Positions 8,597 through 18,694 of a stretch of DNA of 64,000 nucleotides are shown one piece after another. The translations under genes and the position numbers were made by a program. The stretch comes from Candidatus Zhuqueibacterota bacterium (lineage in GTDB: Bacteria > Zhuqueibacterota > Zhuqueibacteria > Thermofontimicrobiales > Thermofontimicrobiaceae). Where the stretch lies: contig JBMOPW010000032.1 of NCBI GenBank assembly GCA_049322915.1, positions 128,001-192,000 on the forward strand. The letters run 5' to 3'. Position 1 is the stretch's first letter, and every line of letters starts with the position of its first letter. The notes beneath the pieces were generated by a model that was not told the DNA's origin, did no database searches, and saw only the letters and a list, made by a program, of their open reading frames with translations.

Positions 8597-10024
8597 ATGG
8601 TAGTCGGAGATTTTACGCAGAAAGTGGACACGTTGGTGATTGGCGCCGGACCCGGCGGCTATGTCGCTGCCATTCGGGCGGCGCAATTGGGCCAGGAAGT
8701 CACGCTTGTAGAAAAAGATCACCTGGGAGGTGTCTGTCTCAACTGGGGATGCATCCCTTCCAAAGCGATGATTGAAGTGTCCGGGCTGAAACAGCGCATT
8801 GCCCGCGCAGCGGACATGGGGCTGATGACCGGCGAAGTTACGGTCGATCTGGCCAAACTGCATCACTGGAAAGATGATGTTGTTCTCAGGCTCAGAAAAG
8901 GAATTGAAGGCTTGCTCTCTAAAAATGGCGTGGACGTTGTTCATGGAAATGCGAGCTTCACGGATCCCGGTCACATTCTGGTGGATACCCGGGAGGGGTT
9001 GCAGCGCTTCGAATTCAAAAACGTCGTCATCGCCACCGGCTCGCATCCTATTCAACTCCCCGGCGTTCCGTTTGACGGCAGGGTTATCATCGATTCTTCG
9101 GACGCGCTGTCTTTGGCGGAAGTGCCGAAAAGAATGGTCGTCATTGGCGCAGGTTCGGTGGGAATTGAACTGGGAACTGTCTATCGAAAATTGGGCGCGG
9201 ACGTCACGATTCTGGAGAACCAGACTGCATTGCTGATGATGCTCGAACCGGAGGTGTCCCGAATTCTTGAGAAGTCGCTGAAGAAAATCGGAATCGATGT
9301 GTTGTTGGGCAGCGAGTTGAAATCGGTGCAGGTGAAAAATGATCGGGCCGAGCTCCATTATGTTCAAAATGGCGCGGCCAAAATTCTCGAAGCCGATAAG
9401 GTGCTGGTTGCAGTGGGCCGGCGCCCCAATACAGCCACACTCGGTCTCGGCAAATTGGGACTGACAACCGATGACCGCGGCTTCATCCCAGTGAACAGCC
9501 GGCTGGAGACCGGCGTGAAGGGCGTGTACGCCATTGGCGATGCGGTTGCCGGCCTCATGTTGGCGCATCGCGCATCGCACATGGGGAAAATCGCAGCAGA
9601 GGCTATTTCGAACCGACTTGCAGAGTTCGACAACCTGGCCATACCCGGCGTCATTTTCAGCGACCCTGAAATTGCGACGGTGGGAATGACTCAGGCTGAT
9701 GCGGAGAACCAGGGCTACACCGTGAAAGCCGGCGCATTTCCGTTCCGAGCCCTGGGCCGTGCAATGACCATCGGCGAGACCGAAGGGCTGACGAAAGTCG
9801 TCTCGGACGGGCAGACCGGAACTGTGCTGGGTGTGCATATCATCGGTCCGCACGCATCGGATCTGATTGCTGAAGGCGCGCTTGCCGTGGAATCGGCTTC
9901 CCACGTCGATGACTTGATGCTGACCATTCACGCGCATCCCACATTGACCGAAGGAGTCGGCGAAGCCGCCGAAGCCGTGGAAAATAAGGCGATCCATATT
10001 TTTAATTCGCCGATGAAACAATGA
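8597..10024 (+). CDS. lpdA: Dihydrolipoamide dehydrogenase E3
   Basis: GAGPGGY, redox disulfide GGVCLNWGCIPSK, GRRPN, HAHPTLTE. Confidence 0.95.
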   Translation: MVVGDFTQKVDTLVIGAGPGGYVAAIRAAQLGQEVTLVEKDHLGGVCLNWGCIPSKAMIEVSGLKQRIARAADMGLMTGEVTVDLAKLHHWKDDVVLRLRKGIEGLLSKNGVDVVHGNASFTDPGHILVDTREGLQRFEFKNVVIATGSHPIQLPGVPFDGRVIIDSSDALSLAEVPKRMVVIGAGSVGIELGTVYRKLGADVTILENQTALLMMLEPEVSRILEKSLKKIGIDVLLGSELKSVQVKNDRAELHYVQNGAAKILEADKVLVAVGRRPNTATLGLGKLGLTTDDRGFIPVNSRLETGVKGVYAIGDAVAGLMLAHRASHMGKIAAEAISNRLAEFDNLAIPGVIFSDPEIATVGMTQADAENQGYTVKAGAFPFRALGRAMTIGETEGLTKVVSDGQTGTVLGVHIIGPHASDLIAEGALAVESASHVDDLMLTIHAHPTLTEGVGEAAEAVENKAIHIFNSPMKQ

Positions 10025-10025
10025 T

Positions 10026-10694
10026 ATGAGCCCGAAAACCGGCAATACCCAGATTCACAGAATTCTGGAAATTCGACCGCTGAGCCGATCGGTCTTCTGC
10101 GTTCGTATGGAAAAAGGGGATTTGATTTTCCACGCCGGACAGCATGTCGCCATTGGTTTTCCGGGCGAGAATATGGTGCGGGACTATTCCATCTATTCCG
10201 GTGAACGCCAGCCGTTTCTCGATCTGTTGGTCAAAGCGCGGGAGATCGATGAAATTTCAGTCCGGCTACGAGCATGTCAGCAGAACGATATTGTCAGTCT
10301 GGGCGTTCCGACCGGTGACATGGTGCTCGAAAATCCAAAGGACGATAGGTTGAAATACCTTTTTATCTGCACCGGCACAGGTATTGGCCCTGTTCATTCC
10401 ATGGTGATCAGCTATCCGCGGCTCAATTATCGCATTGTTCATGGCATCTCCCGGCTGGACGATCGTGTCGACTCAGGCGATTATGACACGCGTCGCTATA
10501 TCACCTGCATATCGCAAGAGAACAGCGGCGATTTCTTCGGAAGGGTGACTGAATACATCCGCTTGCAGAAAATCGAGCCGGACACATTGTGCTATATCAG
10601 CGGCTTCCCGGAGATGGTGTTCGAGGTCTATCACCTGCTGCAATTGAAAGGGATTGCGCGGACAAATATTTTTACAGATCTATTTTTTAAATGA
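10026..10694 (+). CDS. Ferredoxin-NADP reductase-like FAD/NAD(P)-binding oxidoreductase
   Basis: FHAGQH, RDYSIYS (RxYS), CTGTGIGP, FFGRVT. Confidence 0.8.
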   Translation: MSPKTGNTQIHRILEIRPLSRSVFCVRMEKGDLIFHAGQHVAIGFPGENMVRDYSIYSGERQPFLDLLVKAREIDEISVRLRACQQNDIVSLGVPTGDMVLENPKDDRLKYLFICTGTGIGPVHSMVISYPRLNYRIVHGISRLDDRVDSGDYDTRRYITCISQENSGDFFGRVTEYIRLQKIEPDTLCYISGFPEMVFEVYHLLQLKGIARTNIFTDLFFK

Positions 10695-10723
10695 AACGTG
10701 TGCGGTGATGAGGGTGATGCAGC

Positions 10724-10764
10724 ATAGCAGTGGTTGGTCTGATCCAGCCACTGCTATTTTTTTT
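10724..10764 (+). terminator. Rho-independent terminator
   Basis: atagcagtggttgg-loop-ccagccactgctat followed by T-run. Confidence 0.85.
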
Positions 10765-11212
10765 ACCAGGCGCCGTAGGAATTGACCGGGAAAGAATGCC
10801 GCCGGTTACACCTGCCGAATTTGAAAATAACTTCATATCCTGGTTCGCCGCCCGGGAGAGATTTCGCTTGTTTTTTTCCCGCTGATTTTGTAGTATTGAT
10901 CTACTTCAAAGCGATTGAATGCGCCGTCCCTGATATTCGAACTCAGACTACGGAATCCAATGTGGACACGCGCGCCGTCGATGGAGCCTGATTCGGATGT
11001 TTCCGCAGCGAACGGCTGCACTGATTCGAGCGTCAGCCGGCAGCGTTCGACTGATGTGCGGACGGAGTGAATTCGTGAATCCGTGGAATTTCATGCCCGG
11101 CAAGGAAACGCGCTATTCAATCCGCTACTGCAAAAAGACATGCTGAGATGCCGCGAATGCCTGTCCCGAAAATCCTGACTGCGGCGTAATTCATCCCCGG
11201 AGGTAGCGCAAC

Positions 11213-12016
11213 GTGGACCTTTTTCTGAAAGCATTGATACTGGGTGTGGTTGAAGGACTCACCGAATTCCTTCCGATCAGCAGCACCGGTCACATGATTC
11301 TTGTCAACGAGTTCGTTCAACTGGAACACTCATTTGCCACCATGTTCGAGGTCGTCATTCAGTTGGGGGCGATTCTCTCGGTTGTTCTGTATTTCTGGCC
11401 GAAATTATCGGCAGTCTTTTCAGCGGATGTCCTGAAACGTGCAGAGTGCCGCGGGCTGTGGATTCGGGCCATCATCGGCGTTTTCCCGGCGCTGGTGATT
11501 GGCGCCATTGCTGGCGATTTCGTCGAGGCGCATCTGTTCAACCCGATGGTGGTCGCCATTGCGCTGGCGTTCTGGGGAATCGTGCTGATAGTTTTGGAGA
11601 GCCGCCACAGGAAACCGAGCATCACGTCGGTGGCGGAACTTCCGATCAAAATAGTGCTGGGGATAGGTTTAATTCAATGTCTGGCCATGGTGCCGGGCAC
11701 ATCGCGGTCGGCAGCGACGATAGTCGGCGCCATGCTGCTGGGCGCATCGCGCGGGGTTGCGGCAGAATTCTCATTCTTTTTAGCGATCCCCACCATGGCG
11801 GCTGCTTCGGCCTATACGTTGTTGAAGAGCGGATTGAATTACTCATCCGATCAGTGGCTGGCCCTCGGGCTTGGCTTTGTCACAGCATTTCTGGTAGCCT
11901 GGGCGACCATCGCATTTTTAATGCGCTATATTCAAACCCGGGATTTCCGGCCATTCGGTTACTACCGCGTTGTGCTGGGTGTTCTGGTCGCTGCGTTTTT
12001 TCTCTGGGTAAAGTAA
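11213..12016 (+). CDS. uppP: Undecaprenyl-diphosphate phosphatase
   Basis: EGLTEFLPISSTGH, IQLGAIL, PGTSRS, AEFSFFLAIP; GTG start after GGAGG. Confidence 0.95.
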   Translation: MDLFLKALILGVVEGLTEFLPISSTGHMILVNEFVQLEHSFATMFEVVIQLGAILSVVLYFWPKLSAVFSADVLKRAECRGLWIRAIIGVFPALVIGAIAGDFVEAHLFNPMVVAIALAFWGIVLIVLESRHRKPSITSVAELPIKIVLGIGLIQCLAMVPGTSRSAATIVGAMLLGASRGVAAEFSFFLAIPTMAAASAYTLLKSGLNYSSDQWLALGLGFVTAFLVAWATIAFLMRYIQTRDFRPFGYYRVVLGVLVAAFFLWVK

Positions 12017-12044
12017 ACGGCTGGCAGACTGCCGCTGGCGCTCA

Positions 12045-14957
12045 TTATCGGAAAACAATCTCAATTCGCCGATTCAGCTTTCTGCCAATGGGACTTTGAT
12101 TGTCGCCAATCAGAATACGCTCGCCGCTGAGGCGGGTGATGCCCAATGGTATTTCCTCACCAAAACCAAGGGCCGGTGAAATATTTCCGGCTACAGTCGG
12201 GTAAAAATCCGGGACCTCGTTTTTCACGTGGGTTTTAAAACCTTCGTGGAATCTGGTGGCGCGTTGTTCAGAGAGCAGGTTGTTAATTTCGGTTGGCCCA
12301 ACGGCGCAGGCGTGTCCTTCAAAGTGCATCGTTTTCTTGCCATCCAGCATCGTTCGGGTGATGTCCAGCAGCCGCTTCCAGTAAAAGCCGTACATGGGAC
12401 TGGTGCCGGCAAATTGCAGCGGAAATGCGATGCGGTGTTCGCGCAAAAAGGTTGATTCATTCAAATAAGTTTTTTTAACCCGGGTATGGAATTCCCGCCC
12501 CAATTCATCCCGGAGGTTGATGAAATAATCAACGTCTTGATTCATCCACGCAGAAAGGCTGCCGGCGCGACCCGGATCCCAATCGATTTGATTATCGAAG
12601 TTCATTCGGAATTGCAGGTTGCTTAATTCCAGGCTATCCTGCAGCATGTTCTGCGAGAGGAAAAGCTGGCCGGCGTTGGTTTGCGCGGCGCATTTTATTG
12701 CCGACTTGAACGTCACCTGCTTGTGTATTTCCTCGTTATCTGTGTGACGAATGGGAAGGAACAGAATGGCCTGGCCCTGCGCGTCCGTGGTGATGGCAAC
12801 GTAGCGCCGTTCTTCGAACACCCAATCAGCGTCCTGCGGATTCTTCGGGATGCGCCTTTCCGGAAGTACTTTTCCTTCAACGAGGAGTATTTGATTTTCG
12901 TTCACGCCCAACATCATCAATGAATCTCGAACAGCCTCGGCGCGGGCATTGGCCAGAGCGACATCGGTTTCGCCGGAATTGGTGTCGGCGAATTCCTGCA
13001 ATGTAATTTTCAATTCGCGATGTTCGGCCAATCGTTTCGCTAACGTTGCTACCGGCGGATCGAATGAGGTTTTGTGCAGGTATTCGTTTTTCACCTTTGT
13101 GCTGTTGACATCGAAACAGACTTCGGTGATAATGGGCATATCGATGGTCACCCGGGCGATGGTTTTCACGGCCACAGTGTCGTCGCAGGCAAATGTACCT
13201 TTGGGAATGGTGGTGAAATTTTCGGACAGTGCATTGTTGATTCTATTGAGTTCAAAAAGTTTCTCTTCTTTATCTGCCACAGCCACTATCTGGTGTGAGC
13301 CCAACAAAAAGGTATTCCAGGAAATTTGGATGGTATCGGATTCGCCCGGTTTCATTTCTGCAAGTTGACTCTCAAAGAGTATGTGTGAATGCGCTTCTTT
13401 TCCTTCCGAAAGATCGTGCACGACCTTCACAGTTGAGTCGTAAATGGTCATGCTGAAGTCTCTGGCTGTTGAATTACCGGTATTGGTGACCAATATTTTT
13501 AATTCACCGTGGTAATCGTCTTCGGTGATAACTCGGTGATAATCGAATTCGATTTTTTCAATTTTGATGTCCGGGGAGGGAATATAAAAATGGGCGATGC
13601 GGCCCTGTTTTGTCTCGGCAAAATTCAGATGCTGATCCAAATCTTCAGCGATCACCAGCCAGTAATTATCCCCGCCGAACGGTTTATTCACGATGAAGGA
13701 GTCGGCTTTGACCGGTTCATTCAGCCGGAAGTTGGTTTCGGAAAGCATTGCATAAAATTTATCAGTTTGTTTCGCGTCATAAAAAGAAAGAAGCTGCGCT
13801 AATCTGGTGCTGTCCGGATCGAGCACGAGCGTGTAGGCGACTTCGTCGAAAATATCCGGGTCGCGGGTATCTTCCCATTTTAAGGTAACGGATTCGGTTT
13901 TCACGGTGTCGCCGTTGGCCGGGCTGGCGAAGCGGAAATTCTCCGGGCCAATGGGATAGTGCGACATGGTTCCGCGGTAGGTTCGGGAGAAAAATTCGCC
14001 TTCATCGATGGTGGCCATATCCAACTGCAGGGCGTTGTTGCGGCCCGGCAGCAGGGTTTGTTCGGACGTCATCAAATCGTCGAGGCAGATGGTGGCGCCA
14101 AAGGAGACCTTGCTCATCAAATCGGCGCCAAAATCGTATCCGCCGTTGATGGAAAATCGTTTGTTCCACGAAATTTCCGTGCCAATTCCAACAGCCCCAT
14201 CTTCGTCTTTAACATTGTAATAATCGGCCAAAACCTGTACCTGCACGCCCCCGTGGGTTCCGGCATAAAACGCAGCGCCAACGCGCCAGGTTTGCGGCAG
14301 TGGTGTGGCAACATTTTCATAAGTTAAATCCTGTCCCATTTGCGTGAGCGCAACTCCCAAAGAGAGCACGCCGTGTTTCAGCAGTGAATTGCCCAGGTCG
14401 AAACGGGGCGTTCTGCCAAGCAGGCCAATGTCGGCGATCCAAGCGTTGGCGTGAAACTGGTCCAGATTGCTTCGCAGATATTTGAAGCTGGCGCCAAGGG
14501 CGAGATTGTCGGAAATGACCGACAGCGGCTGGCCGATACTCAGCGCTGCGATGAAATCATTGGCTGTGGCCATGGGAACTGCTTCGTCAGTGCTGTCGAA
14601 TTCCGGCACGCCGTGATAAATGAGGCCCACCGAGAATCGGGTTTTGCGGCTCCAGGGGGTGCGGAAATTCTTCCCGGAAATCAATGAAGCATTGTACACG
14701 TCGGCGATCCATTTTGAGTAAGAGGCGGCCCAGTACCATTCTCGCGTCAGCCCGGCTGTGCCGGGATTGGCAAAAATGGCATGAAGCTCGTCCAGGCCGC
14801 TGGTCTGCGCCGACCCCATGGATTGGAGTCTGGCGCCGGGCAGCATTTTAAGAAATGGCGCGCCGGCCCTGATCTGTCCATACCCGGCATTGACGCAGAG
14901 CAAGAGGCACAGGATCGGAAAGAGTGACAATCGAAAAATGTAACCGCACAACTTCAT
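12045..14957 (-). CDS. PorV/PorQ-like beta-barrel fused to a CARDB/Ig-like domain and two OmpA-like C-terminal domains
   Basis: GAPFLKMLPGARLQSMGSA...AIFANPG (PorV-type N-terminus); VTNTG...ADKEEKLFELNRINN (CARDB); FDVNS...LANARAEAVRDSL...RRYV and EGHAC...LSEQRA...GFGE...NRRIEI (OmpA-like); signal peptide from ATG 14957. Confidence 0.75.
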   Translation of the reverse strand: MKLCGYIFRLSLFPILCLLLCVNAGYGQIRAGAPFLKMLPGARLQSMGSAQTSGLDELHAIFANPGTAGLTREWYWAASYSKWIADVYNASLISGKNFRTPWSRKTRFSVGLIYHGVPEFDSTDEAVPMATANDFIAALSIGQPLSVISDNLALGASFKYLRSNLDQFHANAWIADIGLLGRTPRFDLGNSLLKHGVLSLGVALTQMGQDLTYENVATPLPQTWRVGAAFYAGTHGGVQVQVLADYYNVKDEDGAVGIGTEISWNKRFSINGGYDFGADLMSKVSFGATICLDDLMTSEQTLLPGRNNALQLDMATIDEGEFFSRTYRGTMSHYPIGPENFRFASPANGDTVKTESVTLKWEDTRDPDIFDEVAYTLVLDPDSTRLAQLLSFYDAKQTDKFYAMLSETNFRLNEPVKADSFIVNKPFGGDNYWLVIAEDLDQHLNFAETKQGRIAHFYIPSPDIKIEKIEFDYHRVITEDDYHGELKILVTNTGNSTARDFSMTIYDSTVKVVHDLSEGKEAHSHILFESQLAEMKPGESDTIQISWNTFLLGSHQIVAVADKEEKLFELNRINNALSENFTTIPKGTFACDDTVAVKTIARVTIDMPIITEVCFDVNSTKVKNEYLHKTSFDPPVATLAKRLAEHRELKITLQEFADTNSGETDVALANARAEAVRDSLMMLGVNENQILLVEGKVLPERRIPKNPQDADWVFEERRYVAITTDAQGQAILFLPIRHTDNEEIHKQVTFKSAIKCAAQTNAGQLFLSQNMLQDSLELSNLQFRMNFDNQIDWDPGRAGSLSAWMNQDVDYFINLRDELGREFHTRVKKTYLNESTFLREHRIAFPLQFAGTSPMYGFYWKRLLDITRTMLDGKKTMHFEGHACAVGPTEINNLLSEQRATRFHEGFKTHVKNEVPDFYPTVAGNISPALGFGEEIPLGITRLSGERILIGDNQSPIGRKLNRRIEIVFR

Positions 14958-14974
14958 GGATTGGCCTGTTATTT

Positions 14975-17434
14975 TTACCTGACGATGATGAATTTCTTCC
15001 ACGAATTAAACTCTCCGGAACGCAGCGTGACGAGATACACGCCACTTCCAGCGCCCTGGCCTGTTTCCGTAATCCCATCCCAGGAATAGCTGTTCCACCC
15101 GCCCTGATAAACACCCTGGGTGAGTTGGGTAATATGCCGGCCGGCGATGTCGTAAATATCAAGCTGCGCTGCTCGACGGTTGCTCAGTTTGAATCGAATA
15201 TCCAGGGGCGATTCTGCTTCCGGGCGGAAAACATTCCGGTCCAAAACCAGGTAATTGCTGCTGACGACCTCAACGATTGACTGCGCACTGAGCTTATTTC
15301 CCAGGGCATCGGTCGCAAGGATTTCAAAGACGAGTGGCTCTTTTGGTGCAGTGGTGACCATGAATTCCGGTCGGTATTTTTCAGCCACTTCGTACCAGAC
15401 ATCCGACGTCAGATGATTTTCCGAAATGAATCCGTCCGCAAAATCAGTGATAATACGTCCGTCCGGGAGTCGAATCCACATGTCCCATGTCATGGTATTC
15501 GGAGGAAGTTGAATGCGCACGCTGATACTATCGGTCACATCGAGAATGACCGGCGCTGCCTCAATGCCTGGCGTGCGCTTGAGCGGAATTTGAATCAATA
15601 CGGTATCGACGTCGAAATTGTTGAAAAGCAGGGTATCGCCGGGCGCGGCTGCATGGCAGGATGAAACGATCGTGCCTGGCTGACTCAAATTGGGCGTGAC
15701 AGCGCCATCGTACAGGATTGTTAACTCTGCTTGCGGCGCCAGACTGGGAATATTCCAGGTTAACCGGTCGCCTTCGGTTTTGTCCGGAGCGCGACTGATG
15801 TTGCTCAATGTGACATGGGATGAAAGCGTGCTGGTCAAAACGATATTCGTCGCAGTGTCCGGGCCAGGGTTGAAGAGCATGAGACTGTATTGGATATCTC
15901 CGCCGGGAACGACGACTTTCAGAGTGTCGTCATCCTTCACCTGATGGGATGCTGTCTGTGAAACAAGGGACACGCCAACATCAATTAGTTTTTGGGGAAT
16001 CAGTCCCAGCGAATTTACCAGCACGGTGTCATTTACAATGTTGTTGTGGTCAGTGGTGTCATTCGGACAGATTACCTCTGCCGTGGCGAGGAGCAGCGAA
16101 TCTGACTTCGGAAAGGCGCTATCCACGTTCCCGATGCAGATAATTCGCAGATTGGAGAACGGATTGAGCGATGCGATTTCCCAGATCAGGGAGTCGCTGG
16201 TGGCGCGCTGTGGCGCCACATTCACATCGACCCATTTGAAAAAAGGCGAAATGACATTGACGAGCGTGATGTCTTTGGCTGACCTGGGCGTGCGGTTGAA
16301 TACCGTCAGGGTATATTTTAAGTCACCGCCCGGAGTTGCGAGGCTCATTTCTCTTCCGTTGCGGATCACAGTCGAATCGGTGAAGGAAATCAAAACGATA
16401 CCCACATCGACATTCTCGATTGGTTCACTCCCTGGAAAATGAACGCGCACCGTGTCGACATCGGCATTGTTGAAGGATGTGGTATCGTTGACTGAATACA
16501 TATTTGCTGAACAAATGAGCAGCGTGTCCGCTTCAGCCACGACGCTATCCACACGGCCGCTGTGCAGAATTGGCATCGAAGAAAGGGGCGCGAGAAATGG
16601 GATATCCCAGAAAAGCGAATCGTTCGAAATACGGTCCGGCGCTGGATGAATGCTGTCGAGCGTCAATTGCGCCGGAGTCAGATTCCTCACTCTGACATCC
16701 CACGCTGTGTCCGGGCTATGGTTGAAAACATTCAATGTGTATGCAACGATACTCCCGGGAAGCGCGACATTCACGGAGTCTCCATCGATCACGGCGATTG
16801 AGTCAGTGCGCGAGATGAGCGAAATCCCGGCGTCGACATTGTTTGACGCTGGCAGCGCATGGATTATCTTCAGACTGTCCGTGACTTTGACGCTCTCGGA
16901 TGGCCCCAAAGGCCCATCCAGTACTTCCGGGAATTCATTCATAATGAATGCGACATGATGTATTTGCAGGGTATTTCGCCCTTCGGTGAAATAGAACAGG
17001 CCAGCATCGCGCCAGGCGGTGTGCCTCGGACCGGGGTCATCAAAAACTACTTTGTACGGGCCGATATTTGGATCAGCAGGCATTACGACAGCGCTATCCG
17101 GCCGGAGCGCGGTCATATAGAACGACTCGTTTTTCTGTTCATCCCCGCTGTTGTACAAGATTTTTATCACGATCCGATAAAAACCCGGGGCTGAAATTTC
17201 TGCGCTGGTTACGTCGGCATGCAATCGCTCCGGATCGAGCCTGTTTCGGCTGGAATCCCAATCGGCCTGTACACCGAGCGTATCCGGAATGACAAGGATC
17301 ATCGTATCGCTGACGGCGCGCATGGAATTTCCAGCGTCAATCCGGGCATTCGCCGCCGGGGCCAGGCAAATGCCTAACACCATCAGAATGGATAAGACCA
17401 GCGCGATGCGTTTCCTGTTCAAGTTCATGTGCAT
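14975..17434 (-). CDS. Secreted surface protein with three DUF11-like repeats and a C-terminal FlgD-Ig/T9SS-type sorting domain
   Basis: Signal peptide; three repeats VD.G..L...PG...Y.L.VFN..P..A.....W.I..L.P...D....NN..DTV; C-terminus LDIYDIAGR...WDG....G...GSGVYLV...KKFIIVR. Confidence 0.8.
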   Translation of the reverse strand: MHMNLNRKRIALVLSILMVLGICLAPAANARIDAGNSMRAVSDTMILVIPDTLGVQADWDSSRNRLDPERLHADVTSAEISAPGFYRIVIKILYNSGDEQKNESFYMTALRPDSAVVMPADPNIGPYKVVFDDPGPRHTAWRDAGLFYFTEGRNTLQIHHVAFIMNEFPEVLDGPLGPSESVKVTDSLKIIHALPASNNVDAGISLISRTDSIAVIDGDSVNVALPGSIVAYTLNVFNHSPDTAWDVRVRNLTPAQLTLDSIHPAPDRISNDSLFWDIPFLAPLSSMPILHSGRVDSVVAEADTLLICSANMYSVNDTTSFNNADVDTVRVHFPGSEPIENVDVGIVLISFTDSTVIRNGREMSLATPGGDLKYTLTVFNRTPRSAKDITLVNVISPFFKWVDVNVAPQRATSDSLIWEIASLNPFSNLRIICIGNVDSAFPKSDSLLLATAEVICPNDTTDHNNIVNDTVLVNSLGLIPQKLIDVGVSLVSQTASHQVKDDDTLKVVVPGGDIQYSLMLFNPGPDTATNIVLTSTLSSHVTLSNISRAPDKTEGDRLTWNIPSLAPQAELTILYDGAVTPNLSQPGTIVSSCHAAAPGDTLLFNNFDVDTVLIQIPLKRTPGIEAAPVILDVTDSISVRIQLPPNTMTWDMWIRLPDGRIITDFADGFISENHLTSDVWYEVAEKYRPEFMVTTAPKEPLVFEILATDALGNKLSAQSIVEVVSSNYLVLDRNVFRPEAESPLDIRFKLSNRRAAQLDIYDIAGRHITQLTQGVYQGGWNSYSWDGITETGQGAGSGVYLVTLRSGEFNSWKKFIIVR

Positions 17435-17477
17435 TGGTTGAGTCCGTGTTAAATGGAAATTGTATATCGCTCATTCA

Positions 17478-17493
17478 TGCAAGATTAGTGCCA
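17478..17493 (-). promoter_or_regulatory. Sigma54 (-24/-12) promoter of the DUF11 and PorV-like operon
   Basis: Minus strand TGGCACTAATCTTGCA matches TGGCAC-N5-TTGCA, about 44 bp upstream of ATG 17434. Confidence 0.75.
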
Positions 17494-17905
17494 CGACGCG
17501 ATTGCGGCGATTTCGACCAATTCACAGTACAGTGGCGGTCGTGTCTGTAAATACGTATAAACCAGGCTGTTTGAAGAGAAAAATATAATTGACCGATCAA
17601 GTCGGAATGAATCTTTCAAACAAGTATGTAGCACAAAAACAATAGACTGTGTCATGAAATGAAACAGCAAAAAAATTTGAGACTGGAAGACTGAAAATGG
17701 CTGGCGTGCTGCCAGCTATTGATTCAATGGCTATTTGGTAGTACGACCTGGCCAGATTAGCTAAATAATGAATGTCGACACCTCCATGCTTGCATCATTG
17801 CAATCGACAAAGGAAAACTGGAAATTGATGAATGAAAACCGGTCAATGGGTGCGTATCAAGCAGCATTGGTGTGATGCTATTATATAAATCCTGGTTGCA
17901 CGGCA

Positions 17906-17934
17906 TGAATCTTTTTAAAAAGCGATTCATCTAA
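17906..17934 (+). promoter_or_regulatory. Candidate ECF-type promoter (TGAATC-N16-CATCTAA)
   Basis: Same motif and spacing at 59077-59105; this copy is also a near palindrome. Confidence 0.45.
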
Positions 17935-18037
17935 ATGAATGTTTAAAAGTTTTGTGGGCTCAAAATAAAATGGTATGGAAGATGGCTCTGTCCTGATTTT
18001 CTATCATCAAAATAACTGAAAGATAATGAGGTTAAAA

Positions 18038-18694
18038 ATGGCTCATCTGAAAAAGCAAGATGTAGAATATTTGAAAAAACAATTCGAGCAACTCACCCAG
18101 CCGGTGACGCTGGTTTTCTTCACCCAGAAATTTGAATGTCAGTATTGCCAGATCACGCGGGAGATCATCACGGAACTGGCGGAGACTTCGGACAAAATCC
18201 ATGTGGAGACGTATGATTTTGTGGAAGATGCGGAACAGGTGAAGAAGTATGATATCAAGCGGATACCGGCCATTGCTCTCGTGGGCAAAAAGGATTACGG
18301 GGTGAGATTTTACGGCATACCGGCCGGGTATGAATTCAGCACTTTAGTGGAAGATATCATCGATGTTTCGGCCGGCGCAACATCATTGAGCGATGGAATT
18401 AAAGACGCGCTGAAAAAGTTGGAAAAGCAGGTGCACATCCAGGCGTTTGTCACCCCTACTTGCCCCCACTGTCCGCGAGCAGTGCGTACTGCGCATCAAA
18501 TGGCTATTGAGAGCGATATGATTGTGAGCGACATGGTGGAGGCGTCAGAATTCCCCCATCTGTCAAATCGCTACGGAGTCTCTTCGGTGCCGAAAGTCGT
18601 CATCAATGAATCTGTGGAATTCGTTGGAGCATTGCCGGATACGAATTATCTGGAGAAGGTGCTGGAAGCGGAAGGAGCTGTCATGCGCTCCTGA
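18038..18694 (+). CDS. Protein disulfide oxidoreductase (two thioredoxin folds, AhpF N-terminal/PDO type)
   Basis: CQYC and CPHC motifs, FYGIPAGYEFSTL, VSSVPKVVIN. Confidence 0.9.
   Translation: MAHLKKQDVEYLKKQFEQLTQPVTLVFFTQKFECQYCQITREIITELAETSDKIHVETYDFVEDAEQVKKYDIKRIPAIALVGKKDYGVRFYGIPAGYEFSTLVEDIIDVSAGATSLSDGIKDALKKLEKQVHIQAFVTPTCPHCPRAVRTAHQMAIESDMIVSDMVEASEFPHLSNRYGVSSVPKVVINESVEFVGALPDTNYLEKVLEAEGAVMRS

Noticed and set aside
8570..10045. 491-aa ORF on the minus strand, and similar long antisense ORFs over pdhABC, corC and deoC
   Set aside because: They shadow well-conserved plus-strand genes and show no recognisable motifs
10770..11210. 440-bp intergenic region before uppP as a possible riboswitch or small gene
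   Set aside because: No known aptamer signature or convincing ORF recognised; only a weak promoter-like match
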